Shown here: positions 17,553 through 27,091 of the stretch, piece after piece
Numbering within the stretch: the stretch's first letter is position 1
Layout of the letters: every line of letters begins with the position of its first letter
From: Candidatus Elarobacter sp.
GTDB lineage: Bacteria > Vulcanimicrobiota > Vulcanimicrobiia > Vulcanimicrobiales > Vulcanimicrobiaceae
Assembly (NCBI GenBank): GCA_036402975.1
Contig: DASWRW010000042.1
Span: 125,735 to 189,734, forward strand
Direction: 5' to 3'
DNA: 64,000 bases
Made by a program: the position numbers and the translations under genes
Notes under the pieces: generated by a model
What the model saw: the letters and a program-made list of their open reading frames with translations, nothing else
The model's database searches: none
Told to the model about the DNA's origin: nothing

Positions 17553-18775
17553 CCGCGCCGCAGTACCGCTACACCGCGCGAACCGCGGCGGGCGAGCTCG
17601 TGCGCGGCGCCATGGAGGCGCCGTCCGCCGAAGCGGTGCTCGCCAACCTGCGCACGCGCGCGCTCTTCGTCACCGCGGTCGAACCGGAAAACGCGGTCGT
17701 GCGCAGCCTGGGGCGCTCGCTCAACCTCGGGCGCCCGTCGCGCCGGGCGCTGCTCGCGTTCTTCCGGTCGTTCTCGACACTGATCCGGGCCGGCGTGCCG
17801 CTGCGCCGTGCCCTCGACGTCACGATCGAGCGGACGCCGGACCCGGTGCTGCGCGAGTCGCTCCGCTCGCTCGCCGCCGACGTGGAGCACGGCACGTCGC
17901 TCGGCGAGGCGATGCAGCGCCGGCCGCGCGCGTTCGCGCCGCTCTACGTGGCGATGGTTCGCGCCGGCGAGGCGGGCGGAATCCTCGACGACGTGCTGGA
18001 GCGGCTGGCGACGTTCCTCGAGCGCGACGCGGAGCTGCGCAAGAAGGTCCGCTCGGCGCTCGCCTACCCGGCGGTGGTGGTGACGGCGGCGCTCGGACTC
18101 GTCCTGTTCCTGATCGCGCGCATCGTCCCGATGTTCGCGCAGATGTTCGAGGCGTTCCACGCCGAGCTGCCGCCGACGACCCGCGCGCTGCTCGCGCTCG
18201 GCGACGCGCTGCAGCGGCCGGCGGCGTGGATCGCGGTCGGCTTGGTGCCGGCTGCGGCGCTGGGCGCGCTCGCCGTCGCCATGCAAACGCCGCGCGGCGC
18301 GCTGCTGCTCGACCGGGCGCGCCTGCGCTTGCCGGTGATCGGACCGCTGCTGCACAAGACGATCACCGCACGTCTCGCGCGCATGCTCGGCACGCTGCTG
18401 CGCTCGGGGATCGAGCTCGTCACGGCGATCGCGGTCGTGCGGCCCGTCGCGGGCAGCGCGGCGTACGCCGCGGCGCTGGAGCGCGTCGACGTCGCGCTGC
18501 GCGCCGGCGAATCGCTCACCGTGCCGCTCGAAGCCGCGCGGCTCTTCGACCCGCTCGCCGTCGCGCTGGTGCGCGTCGGCGAGGAGACGGGTCAGGTCGA
18601 CGACATGCTGCTCAAAGTCGCCGGCTACTTCGAGTCCGACGTCGAGGCGGCGATCGCCACGCTGGGCGCGGTGCTGGAGCCCGCGCTGATCGTCGCGCTC
18701 GGCTGCGTCGTCGGCTTCATCGTGTTCTCCGTGTTCATACCACTCTATGCTTTGATCGGGAGCGTTTCGAAATGA
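17549..18775 (+). CDS. pilC: Type IV pilus platform protein PilC (T2SS F family)
   Basis: AGEAGGIL, SALAYP, VGEETG, LEPALIV; GTGA overlap with pilT. Confidence 0.92.
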   Translation: MTAPQYRYTARTAAGELVRGAMEAPSAEAVLANLRTRALFVTAVEPENAVVRSLGRSLNLGRPSRRALLAFFRSFSTLIRAGVPLRRALDVTIERTPDPVLRESLRSLAADVEHGTSLGEAMQRRPRAFAPLYVAMVRAGEAGGILDDVLERLATFLERDAELRKKVRSALAYPAVVVTAALGLVLFLIARIVPMFAQMFEAFHAELPPTTRALLALGDALQRPAAWIAVGLVPAAALGALAVAMQTPRGALLLDRARLRLPVIGPLLHKTITARLARMLGTLLRSGIELVTAIAVVRPVAGSAAYAAALERVDVALRAGESLTVPLEAARLFDPLAVALVRVGEETGQVDDMLLKVAGYFESDVEAAIATLGAVLEPALIVALGCVVGFIVFSVFIPLYALIGSVSK

Positions 18776-19482
18776 GTCTGCGGGAAGCACTCGTCTCGCG
18801 CTATTGTTCCGAGCGGACGGTCGAGCGGCGCAACGCCGTCGTCGACGCGCACCGCTACCTCTGCTCGCGCGGCGCGCGAAAGTTCAAGCGCGCGCACAAC
18901 GACCACGCCGACCTCGAACAGGTCGCGGCGGTCGGCCTCATCAAGGCGGCCGCGAACTACCGCGCCGAGATGCGCACGCCGTTCCAGGCCTACGCCTGGA
19001 TCATCATCGTCGGCGAGCTGATGCACTACGTGCGCGACCACGAGCGCATGGTGCGCCCGCCGCGCACGCTCCTCGCACTCGAAAAGCGCTACGCGCAGAC
19101 CTGGGAGGAGCTCAGCATCGCGAACCACCGCGAGCCGACGACGCTCGAGATGGCGGTCGGCCTGGGCGTTCCGGCGGAGACCGTCGTGCGGCTGCGCGCG
19201 CTGCGCCGGGCCGGCCACATCCCGCTGCCCGAGCCGGACTCGAGCGACGGCCCGGAGCGAATCGACCTGCTGACCGACACGTCGGCCGGCATCGCGCTCG
19301 ACGAGCGCGTCGCGCTGGCGCTCGCGGTCGACGACCTCGCCGAACGCGAGCGCACGATCGTTCTCGGCACGTATGCAGCGGGCCTGACCCAGGCCGAGCT
19401 GGCGGAGCGTCTGGGCCTCTCGCAAAGCCACGTCTCGAAACTCCTCGCACGCGCGCTCGGAAAGCTGCGCCGTGCCGCATGA
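18772..19482 (+). CDS. RNA polymerase sigma factor, SigB/SigF/SigG family
   Basis: Region 2 DLEQVAAVGLIKA...F.AYA..IIVGELMHYVRD...VRPPR; region 4 LTQAELAERLGLSQSHVSKLL; ATGA overlap with pilC. Confidence 0.9.
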   Translation: MSLREALVSRYCSERTVERRNAVVDAHRYLCSRGARKFKRAHNDHADLEQVAAVGLIKAAANYRAEMRTPFQAYAWIIIVGELMHYVRDHERMVRPPRTLLALEKRYAQTWEELSIANHREPTTLEMAVGLGVPAETVVRLRALRRAGHIPLPEPDSSDGPERIDLLTDTSAGIALDERVALALAVDDLAERERTIVLGTYAAGLTQAELAERLGLSQSHVSKLLARALGKLRRAA

Positions 19483-20144
19483 CGGAGATACGAAGGCCCG
19501 AACCGCACGTCCCCGTTTTTCCGTACACGGGCGGCTGGGGAACGGCGGCGGCGCTCACCGACGCGTTCGCCTTTCCTTGGCCGCCGTGCGTGCTCCCCGC
19601 GGTCAACGTCAAACACGCCAGCCGCGACCTACTCGAGTTCGAGATCACGTGGCGCTGGCACGGCATTGCGGCGCCCGCGATTTTCGTCAGCCGCCGTCTC
19701 GTACAACGACCAGCCGGTTCGGCGATCGCGTTCCACGACGCATGTTTCGTTACAAAGACGCTTCCGGTTCCTCATGGCTTCGCGACCGAGATGCTGCGGC
19801 GTTGCATTCCGTTTTACCGCGCGTCGCAGATCCGGACCATCGCAATATCGGCCGCCGTCATGGACGGCCGGGTAGTATGGCCTCGATTCGGATTCTCCGT
19901 GACCGCCGAGCACGGTGAGGCGGTACGAACAACGGTCCGCAACATCGTGCGGCGGAAGCTCGGACGGGCTTATGATACGGCTGTTCCGTCGTTCGGCCCG
20001 GACCTGCTCGCGCTCGGTACGCCGGAAGGGATACCGATCGGTCTGATGGCTCTCATGGAGGTCCCGAGCCTGTCGCTATTTCTTGACCTGGAGGACCGGC
20101 GGGCTGTACGATGCCTTCAGAAAAGGGGACTCATCGCACCGTGA
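19479..20144 (+). CDS. Hypothetical protein with GNAT-like acetyltransferase motifs
   Basis: ATGA overlap with the sigma gene. FHDACFV...PHGFATEML...FY...I..I.I.A..DGRVVWPRFGF resembles GNAT motifs A/B; more A/T-ending codons than neighbours. Confidence 0.55.
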   Translation: MTEIRRPEPHVPVFPYTGGWGTAAALTDAFAFPWPPCVLPAVNVKHASRDLLEFEITWRWHGIAAPAIFVSRRLVQRPAGSAIAFHDACFVTKTLPVPHGFATEMLRRCIPFYRASQIRTIAISAAVMDGRVVWPRFGFSVTAEHGEAVRTTVRNIVRRKLGRAYDTAVPSFGPDLLALGTPEGIPIGLMALMEVPSLSLFLDLEDRRAVRCLQKRGLIAP

Positions 20145-20320
20145 GCAGCAGAGACTGGTTCCTTCGATTGCTGGATCAAGGGAAATCGAAGACCGAGGCG
20201 GCCATGATCGACTACCGGCGACGCGAACACATCATCGCCGCGCAGCTTCGCAACGAAACCGAAACGGTGACGCGTCAGCCCAACGACGAAGAGAAACGCA
20301 GCTCGGCCGATCTCGGCTGA
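20141..20320 (+). CDS. Small hypothetical protein (59 aa, charged)
   Basis: GTGA overlap with the upstream gene; AGGGGA upstream. Confidence 0.45.
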   Translation: MSSRDWFLRLLDQGKSKTEAAMIDYRRREHIIAAQLRNETETVTRQPNDEEKRSSADLG

Positions 20321-20347
20321 CGGTTTTTTCGCTGCGCTCGGTGTCGC

Positions 20348-21160
20348 TCAGAGGCCCTTGGTGTACTGGGTCAGGCCGCCGTCGATGACGTAGGTCGCGC
20401 CGGTGACGTACGCGGCGGCCGACGAGGCGAGGTACGTGCAGAGGACCGCGATCTCGTCCGGGTCGCCGACGCGCTTGAGCGGGATCTCTTCGAGGAGCTC
20501 CTTCGCCTGCTGCGGGTCTTCGCGGACGGACGCGTTGATCGGGGTCGCGATCGCGCCGGGGGCGACGTCGTTCACGGTGATGCCGTGCGGTGCGAGCTCC
20601 AGCGCGATCGTTCGCATGAGCATGCGCACGCCGCCTTTCGACGCGGCGTATGCGGCGTTGTTCGGCATCGCGAGGTCTTCGTGGACCGACGAGATGTTGA
20701 TGATGCGGCCGCCGAGGCCGCGCGCGATCATCGCGCGCGCGGCGGCGCGGGCGCACAGGAACGGGCCGGTCAGATTCACCCGGATGATTCGGTCCCAGAC
20801 GTCGCGCGGCGTGTCGACCAGCGGGTGCGCCTCTTCCACGCCGGCGTTGTTCACGAGGATGTCCACGCCGCCGAAGCGCTCCACGGTGCGCGCGACCAGC
20901 TCGTCCACGGCGCTCTCGTCCGTGACGTCGGCGACGACGGAGAGGCCGTGCCCGCCGCTGCGCTCGATCTCCGCCACGATCGCATCCGCTTCTTCCGAGC
21001 CGCGGTGGTCCACGACGACGCTCGCGCCGCAGCGCCCGAAGCGCAGGGCGATCGCCTTGCCGATCCCGCTCGCCGCGCCGGTCACGATCGCCGTTTTCCC
21101 GCGCAGGTCGACCTGAACGTCGTCGACGTTCACGCGGGGCGCCGTCGCCGCGGCGGTCAC
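20348..21160 (-). CDS. SDR family oxidoreductase (glucose 1-dehydrogenase-like)
   Basis: TGAASGIG, NNAG, NISSVHE, YAASK, PGAIATPIN. Confidence 0.92.
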   Translation of the reverse strand: MTAAATAPRVNVDDVQVDLRGKTAIVTGAASGIGKAIALRFGRCGASVVVDHRGSEEADAIVAEIERSGGHGLSVVADVTDESAVDELVARTVERFGGVDILVNNAGVEEAHPLVDTPRDVWDRIIRVNLTGPFLCARAAARAMIARGLGGRIINISSVHEDLAMPNNAAYAASKGGVRMLMRTIALELAPHGITVNDVAPGAIATPINASVREDPQQAKELLEEIPLKRVGDPDEIAVLCTYLASSAAAYVTGATYVIDGGLTQYTKGL

Positions 21161-22983
21161 CGGCTGCTCCTCTCCGTCGCATGGGGCGCGATCTCGTCGC
21201 CCCGGTGCGTCGGGAAAACGCCGGCCAGCACGCCTTTGACCGATTTGACGATCGCGGGCTCGGCGTCCGGGTCGTGCAGCATCGACTTGGCAAACGACGT
21301 CGCTTGCTCGCGCGTGATGTGCGGCGGCAGCATCGAGATGTTCGGGTCGACCAGGACCTCGATCAGCGCCGGGCGCTGCGCGGCCAGGACGTGCTCCCAT
21401 GCCGCACCGAGATCCTCGGCACGGTCGACGCGGACGCCCTCGAACCCCAGCAGCCGCGCGTACTCGGCGTACGGAAAGTCGGGCAGGTCCTGCGACTCCG
21501 GGAACTTCGGCACGCCCGTCTCGATGCGCATCTCCCACGTCACTTGGCTGAGGTCGCGGTTGTTCGCGACGTAGACGATGAGCCGCGGGTCGCTCCAGCG
21601 CTTCCAGTAGCGCGCGGCGGTGATCAGCTCGTTCAGGCCGCTCATCTGCATCGCGCCGTCGCCGGTGATCGCGATCGCCGGGCGGTCGGGGAACGCGAAC
21701 TTCGCCGCGATCGCGTACGGCACGGCCGAGCCCATCGTCGCCAGCCCGCCGGAGAGCGACCACTTCATCCCGCGCCGCATCTGCAGATGCCGCGCCGACC
21801 AGTTCGTCGACGTGCCCGCGTCCGCCGTCAGGATCACGTTGTCCGGCAGCCGTTCGTTGAGCTCGACGAAGACGAGCTCGGGATTGATCGGCTCGCCGGA
21901 GATCGCGGCGCGCGAGGCCTTCACGTCCTCCGCCTTCTCGCGCGACTTCGCGATCGTCTCGCGCCACGACGTATCCGACTTGCGCTCGAGCAGCGGAAGC
22001 AGCGCCTCGAGGGTGTCGCGCGCGGTCCCCTGCAGGTTCACCTCGGTCGGATAGCGCGTTCCGAGGCGCAGCCCGTTCACGTCGATCTGGACGCCGCGCG
22101 CCTTCCCTTCTTCCGGCAAGAACTGCGCGTACGGAAAGTTCGTCCCGATCATCAGCAGCGTGTCGCAGGAGGTCATCATGTCGTACGACGGCTTCGTGCC
22201 GAGCAGCCCCAGCGTTCCCGTGACCCACGGCAGATCGTCCGGAAGCACCGCTTTGCCGAGCAGCGCCTTCGCGCATCCGGCCTGCAGCGCGTCGGCGACC
22301 GCGATCACCTGGTCTTCCGCTCCGAGCGCGCCCGCGCCGACCAGCATCGCCACCTTCGAGCCCGCGTTCAGCACCTCGGCGGCGCGGCGCAGATCGTCGT
22401 CGTGGGGCAGCACGCGGCCGATCGCGATGCCGACGCTCGAGGCGGTGTAGTTCATCATGTGCGGCGGGTGCTCGACCGCCTTCTCTTCCTGGAGATCCTT
22501 CGGAACGATCAGCGCGGTGACCGTGCGCGCCGAGAGCGCACCGCGGACCGCGCGGTCGACCGCGTGCCGCGCCTGCGCGGGGCTCATCAGCGTCACGAGA
22601 TACTCGCTGGCCACGTCCTTGTAGAGCGCGTGCAGGTCGACTTCTTGCAGGTACTCGCTGCCGATGGCGGTCGTCGCCGACTGACCGGCCAGGGCGAGCA
22701 CCGGGACGTGATCGTTCTTCGCGTCGTACAGGCCGTTCAGCAGATGGATCGCACCGGGACCCGACGTCCCGAGACACACGCCGAGCTCGCCGGTGAACTT
22801 CGCGTGCGCGCACGCCATGAACGCCGCCTGCTCCTCGTGCCGCACCTGCACGAACTCGATCTGCTCGCGGTGCTTGTCGAGCGCCGCGATGAGCCCGTTG
22901 ATCCCGTCGCCGGGATAGCCGAAGATGCGCCGCACGCCCCAAGCGATCAGGCGCTCGATCATGAACTCGCTTACCGTCGTCAC
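21157..22983 (-). CDS. Thiamine pyrophosphate-requiring protein (pyruvate oxidase/YdaP-like)
   Basis: FGYPGDGING, QVRHEE, TSGPGAIHLLNGLYDA, GDGAMQM...NN TPP motif. Confidence 0.92.
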   Translation of the reverse strand: MTTVSEFMIERLIAWGVRRIFGYPGDGINGLIAALDKHREQIEFVQVRHEEQAAFMACAHAKFTGELGVCLGTSGPGAIHLLNGLYDAKNDHVPVLALAGQSATTAIGSEYLQEVDLHALYKDVASEYLVTLMSPAQARHAVDRAVRGALSARTVTALIVPKDLQEEKAVEHPPHMMNYTASSVGIAIGRVLPHDDDLRRAAEVLNAGSKVAMLVGAGALGAEDQVIAVADALQAGCAKALLGKAVLPDDLPWVTGTLGLLGTKPSYDMMTSCDTLLMIGTNFPYAQFLPEEGKARGVQIDVNGLRLGTRYPTEVNLQGTARDTLEALLPLLERKSDTSWRETIAKSREKAEDVKASRAAISGEPINPELVFVELNERLPDNVILTADAGTSTNWSARHLQMRRGMKWSLSGGLATMGSAVPYAIAAKFAFPDRPAIAITGDGAMQMSGLNELITAARYWKRWSDPRLIVYVANNRDLSQVTWEMRIETGVPKFPESQDLPDFPYAEYARLLGFEGVRVDRAEDLGAAWEHVLAAQRPALIEVLVDPNISMLPPHITREQATSFAKSMLHDPDAEPAIVKSVKGVLAGVFPTHRGDEIAPHATERSSR

Positions 22984-23047
22984 GCACTACCGATACCCGC
23001 GCTCGCCGCGATGCCGCGACGGGGCGGTCGATCGCTAGCGCTTCGCG

Positions 23048-26000
23048 TCAGGAGTGCGAGAGCGCGCCGAGGTGCGTCGCCTGGTACTCCTGGAGCGAGC
23101 GCGGCGGGCCGGCTTCCGACTCCAGCGCGGTGACGAGCGCGTGCGCGGTGTCGAGCGACGTCAGCGACGCGATCGACGCTTCGACCGCGGCGCGGCGGAT
23201 GCGGTAGTTCTCGGTCTGCCCGCGGCCGCCGATCTCGTTGATCACGAGGTCGACGGAGCGCTGCTTGATCACGCCGAGGACGTCCGGCTCGCCTTCGCCG
23301 ATGCGGTTCACGCGCTCGGCCGGGATGCCGTTGGCGAGCAGCAGATCGTGCGTGCGCGGCGTGGCGACCAGCGTGTGGCCGAGCGCGGCCAGGCGGCGCA
23401 GCAGGTCGACGCTGTTCGCCTTCTCCTCTTCGCTGATCGAGACCAGCACGCGGCCGCCCTGGTGCGGCAGCCGAATCCCCGCGCCGATGAAGCCCTTGCG
23501 CAGCGCGCCGGCGTACGTCTCGTCGATCCCGAGCACCTCGCCGGTCGACTTCATCTCCGGGCCTAGGATCGTCTCGACGCCGCGCATCTTCGCGAACGAG
23601 AACACCGGCACTTTGACGACGACGTAGCCCGGTTTCCGCGCGAGCCCCGTTCCCCACGGCATGTCGCGCAGCTTCTCGCCGAGCGCGATCCGCGTCGCGG
23701 CCGCGACGAGGTTGATCCCGGTCGCCTTCGAGATGATCGGCACCGTCCGGCTGGCGCGCGGGTTGGCCTCGATGATCAGCAGCTCGTCGGTTCCCTCGGG
23801 GATGACGAACTGGATGTTGATCAGCCCGCGAATCCCGAGCTCCCGCGCGATCGCCTCGGTGACGGTGACGATGCGCGCCTCCATCCCGTCGGACACCGTC
23901 TGCGTCGGGAAGACGCTGATCGAGTCGCCGGAGTGGATCCCCGCGCGCTCGACGTGCTCGAAGATCCCGGGGATCATGATGTCGTCGCCGTCGAACGCCG
24001 CGTCGACCTCCACCTCGCGGCCGCGCATGTACTTGTCGACCAGCAGCGGCGAGCCGGGCGTGATCGGCGGCGCCGACTCGACGTAGCTCGCGAGCTGCCC
24101 CTCGTTGTAGACGATCTCCATCCCGCGCCCGCCCAGCACGTACGACGGCCGCACGAGCACGGGGAAGCCGATCTCGCGCGCGATCGCGCGCGCTTCGCGG
24201 AACGTGTTCGCCGCGCGTCCGCGCGGGCGCGCGACGCCCAGCTTCTCGAGCGCTGCGTCGAACTTCTCGCGGTCCTCGGCCATGTCGAGCGAACGCCGGT
24301 CGCTGCCGACGATCGCGATCCCGCGCTTGGCGAGCTCGCCGGCGAGGTTGATCGCCGTCTGCCCCCCGAACGCCAGCATCACGCCGCGCGCGTTGGTCGC
24401 GCGCGCCGTCGCCTCGACCTCGTCCGCGCCCGGCGGCTCGAACACGAGCACGTCGCTCACGTCGAAGTCCGTCGAGACGGTCTCCGGGTTGTTGTTGATG
24501 ACGACCGCCGCGCGCCCCGCCTCGCGCAGCGACCAGGCCGCGTGCACGCAACTGTAGTCGAACTCGATCCCCTGCCCGATCCGGATCGGTCCGCTGCCGA
24601 CGACCACGACCGCCTCGCGCTGCGGCGCGCGAATCTCGTCGCTCTCGAAGCGCGAGAGATAGTAGTACGGCGAGGTGGCCGGGAACTCGGCCGCCGCCGT
24701 GTCGACCATGCGGAACTGCCCGCTGCCGGCGACGTCGCTCGCCAGCTCGCCGCCGAAGAGCGAGGTGATCCCGCGGACGCTGTAGCCGGCCTCGAGCGCG
24801 CGGCGCACCAGCCCGGGATCCGGCTCGCGCCGCTCGAACAACGGCCCCGCGGCACGGTACCCGCGAAAGTCTTCCTCGAGATCGACCAGCGCGCGCAGCT
24901 CCCACAGCCAGAACACGTCGATCGTCGAGATCGCGTGCAGGTCGTCGACGGTGCGGCCGCGCCGCAGCAGCTCGCAGACGGCGAAGAGCCGTTCGTGCGT
25001 CGGTATCTCGAGCGTGCGCAGCAGCTCGTCGTCGCTCCACTCGGCGTACGCGTTGCCGGTCAGCGTCTCGAACTTGAGATCGAGGCCGCGCACGGCCTTC
25101 ATCAGCGCGGCGGCGAAGGTGCGCCCGATCCCCATCGCCTCGCCGGTCGACTTCATCTGCGTCCCCAGCCGCGTGTCGGCGAGCGGGAACTTGTCGAACG
25201 GCCAACGGGGAAACTTCACCACGCAGTAGTCGAGCGTCGGTTCGTAGGCCGCTTTGGTGCGGCCGCCGGTGACCGGGTTCGGAATCTGGTCGAGCGTCTG
25301 CCCGAGCGCGATCTTGGTCGAGATCTTGGCGATCGGGTAGCCCGTCGCTTTCGAGGCCAGCGCCGAGCTGCGCGAGACGCGCGGGTTCACCTCGATGATC
25401 TGGTACTCGGGGCGGTCCGGGTGCAGCGCGAACTGGATGTTGCAGCCGCCCTGCACGTTGAGCGCGCGGATGACGTTGATGCTGGCGGTGCGCAGCATCT
25501 GGTAGTCGAGATCGGAGAGCGTCTGCGAGGGCGCGACGACGATCGAGTCGCCGGTGTGCACGCCGACCGGGTCGATGTTCTCCATGTTGCAGACGATGAT
25601 GCAGTTGCCGGCGCGGTCGCGCAGGACTTCGTACTCGATCTCTTTCCAGCCCAGCAGCGACGTCTCGACCAGCGCCTGGTGGATCAGCGACGCTTCGAGC
25701 CCCGTCTGCAGCGTCGCGCGCAGTTCGGCCTCGTCGTACACGATGCCGCCACCGGTGCCGCCGAGCGTGTACGCGGGGCGCACGACGAGCGGATAGCCGG
25801 TCTCGTTCGCGAACGCGACGCCCGCCTCGGGGTCGGTCACGATCAGCGAGCGCGGCACCGGCTCGCCGATCTCCAGCATCTTCTCCTTGAAGCGCTCGCG
25901 GTCTTCGGCCAGCTTGATGGTGTCGAGCGGCGTGCCGAGCAATTCCACCGCATACTTCTCGATGACGCCCGCTTCGGCGAGCTCGACCGCGAGGTTCAAC

Positions 26001-26272
26001 CCGGTTTGGCCGCCCAGCGTCGGCAGCAGCGCGTCGGGCCGCTCACGCGCGATGATCCGCTCGACCGAGGCGACGGTCAACGGCTCGAGATACACCGCGT
26101 CCGCGATCTCCGGATCGGTCATGATCGTGGCGGGATTCGAGTTGACGAGGACGACTCGGTGGCCTTCCTCGCGCAGCGCACGACACGCTTGGACACCCGC
26201 ATAGTCGAACTCGGCGGCTTGTCCGATGACGATCGGTCCCGATCCGATCACCATGATGGTACGCCGGTCCAT
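23048..26272 (-). CDS. carB: Carbamoyl-phosphate synthase large subunit
   Basis: IGSGPIVIGQAAEFDY, NSNPATIMTD, two ATP-grasp halves (EVNPRVSRSS, EANPRASRT), C-terminal MGS domain. Confidence 0.97.
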   Translation of the reverse strand: MDRRTIMVIGSGPIVIGQAAEFDYAGVQACRALREEGHRVVLVNSNPATIMTDPEIADAVYLEPLTVASVERIIARERPDALLPTLGGQTGLNLAVELAEAGVIEKYAVELLGTPLDTIKLAEDRERFKEKMLEIGEPVPRSLIVTDPEAGVAFANETGYPLVVRPAYTLGGTGGGIVYDEAELRATLQTGLEASLIHQALVETSLLGWKEIEYEVLRDRAGNCIIVCNMENIDPVGVHTGDSIVVAPSQTLSDLDYQMLRTASINVIRALNVQGGCNIQFALHPDRPEYQIIEVNPRVSRSSALASKATGYPIAKISTKIALGQTLDQIPNPVTGGRTKAAYEPTLDYCVVKFPRWPFDKFPLADTRLGTQMKSTGEAMGIGRTFAAALMKAVRGLDLKFETLTGNAYAEWSDDELLRTLEIPTHERLFAVCELLRRGRTVDDLHAISTIDVFWLWELRALVDLEEDFRGYRAAGPLFERREPDPGLVRRALEAGYSVRGITSLFGGELASDVAGSGQFRMVDTAAAEFPATSPYYYLSRFESDEIRAPQREAVVVVGSGPIRIGQGIEFDYSCVHAAWSLREAGRAAVVINNNPETVSTDFDVSDVLVFEPPGADEVEATARATNARGVMLAFGGQTAINLAGELAKRGIAIVGSDRRSLDMAEDREKFDAALEKLGVARPRGRAANTFREARAIAREIGFPVLVRPSYVLGGRGMEIVYNEGQLASYVESAPPITPGSPLLVDKYMRGREVEVDAAFDGDDIMIPGIFEHVERAGIHSGDSISVFPTQTVSDGMEARIVTVTEAIARELGIRGLINIQFVIPEGTDELLIIEANPRASRTVPIISKATGINLVAAATRIALGEKLRDMPWGTGLARKPGYVVVKVPVFSFAKMRGVETILGPEMKSTGEVLGIDETYAGALRKGFIGAGIRLPHQGGRVLVSISEEEKANSVDLLRRLAALGHTLVATPRTHDLLLANGIPAERVNRIGEGEPDVLGVIKQRSVDLVINEIGGRGQTENYRIRRAAVEASIASLTSLDTAHALVTALESEAGPPRSLQEYQATHLGALSHS

Positions 26273-26350
26273 GTCCGGCGGAAGATACGCCGGGACGTGC
26301 GGATGGCCTCCCGGCCGGTGAGCGTGCGCTTCCCGCCGAACGGCGTGCCG

Positions 26351-27091
26351 ATGCGCGCCGTCATCACCGCCGGTGGACTCGTCGACGGAGCGTTCGCGGA
26401 GGCGATCGGAAGCGGCGTGAAGGCGCTCGCTCGGTTCGGGACGCGAACGCTGCTCGAGATCGCGCTCGACGCCTGCGAAGGCGCCGGAATCGACGGCGTC
26501 GCGGTGATCGGCGGCGGCGAGGTCCGCGCGCACGTCGCCGGCCGCGCGGTGCGCGTGCTCGACGCAGCCGAGGACGGCGCGACCAACGTGCTGCGCGCGC
26601 TCGGCGCGTGGCCCGGCGAACGGTTCGTCTACCTGACCTCGGACATGCCGTTCGCGACCGCCGCCGGCGTGCGCGATCTGATCGCGCGCAGCGCCGATCT
26701 GGCCCTGACGATGGCGCTCGCCGACGCCGCCGCGTACGAAGCGCGATTTCCGGCCGCGCCCGAGCACAGCGTCGCGTTCGGCGGCGAGCGCGTCGCGAAC
26801 GGCAACGCCTTCGTCATCGCGCCCGAGGCGGTCGAACCCGCGCGCGCGCTCGCGACGAGGCTCTTCGACGCACGGAAGAGCTTGCTGAAGCTCGCGCTGC
26901 TGCTCGGGCCGTCGATGTGTCTGCGCTTCGCGACGAAGCGCTTGACGATCGCGGATGTCGAAGCGTACGGAACGCGGAAGCTGGGTATCCGCGCCGGCGC
27001 CCTGCGCGGCTGCGACCCCGGGCTGTGCTACGACGTCGACACGCTCGCGGACTACGCATACGCGCGCACGCACGGCGGAGCGGCGATGTGA
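26351..27091 (+). CDS. MobA-like NTP transferase family protein
   Basis: AVITAGG...KAL, TSDMP and C-terminal DVDT motifs. Confidence 0.8.
   Translation: MRAVITAGGLVDGAFAEAIGSGVKALARFGTRTLLEIALDACEGAGIDGVAVIGGGEVRAHVAGRAVRVLDAAEDGATNVLRALGAWPGERFVYLTSDMPFATAAGVRDLIARSADLALTMALADAAAYEARFPAAPEHSVAFGGERVANGNAFVIAPEAVEPARALATRLFDARKSLLKLALLLGPSMCLRFATKRLTIADVEAYGTRKLGIRAGALRGCDPGLCYDVDTLADYAYARTHGGAAM

Noticed and set aside
3538-27091. Many long alternative-frame and antisense ORFs (e.g. 3538-5586, 8473-10026, 11316-13700, 21181-23133, 5' part of 23933-27091)
   Set aside because: Arg/Ala/Pro-rich shadow ORFs expected in high-GC DNA, overlapping well-supported genes and without family motifs.
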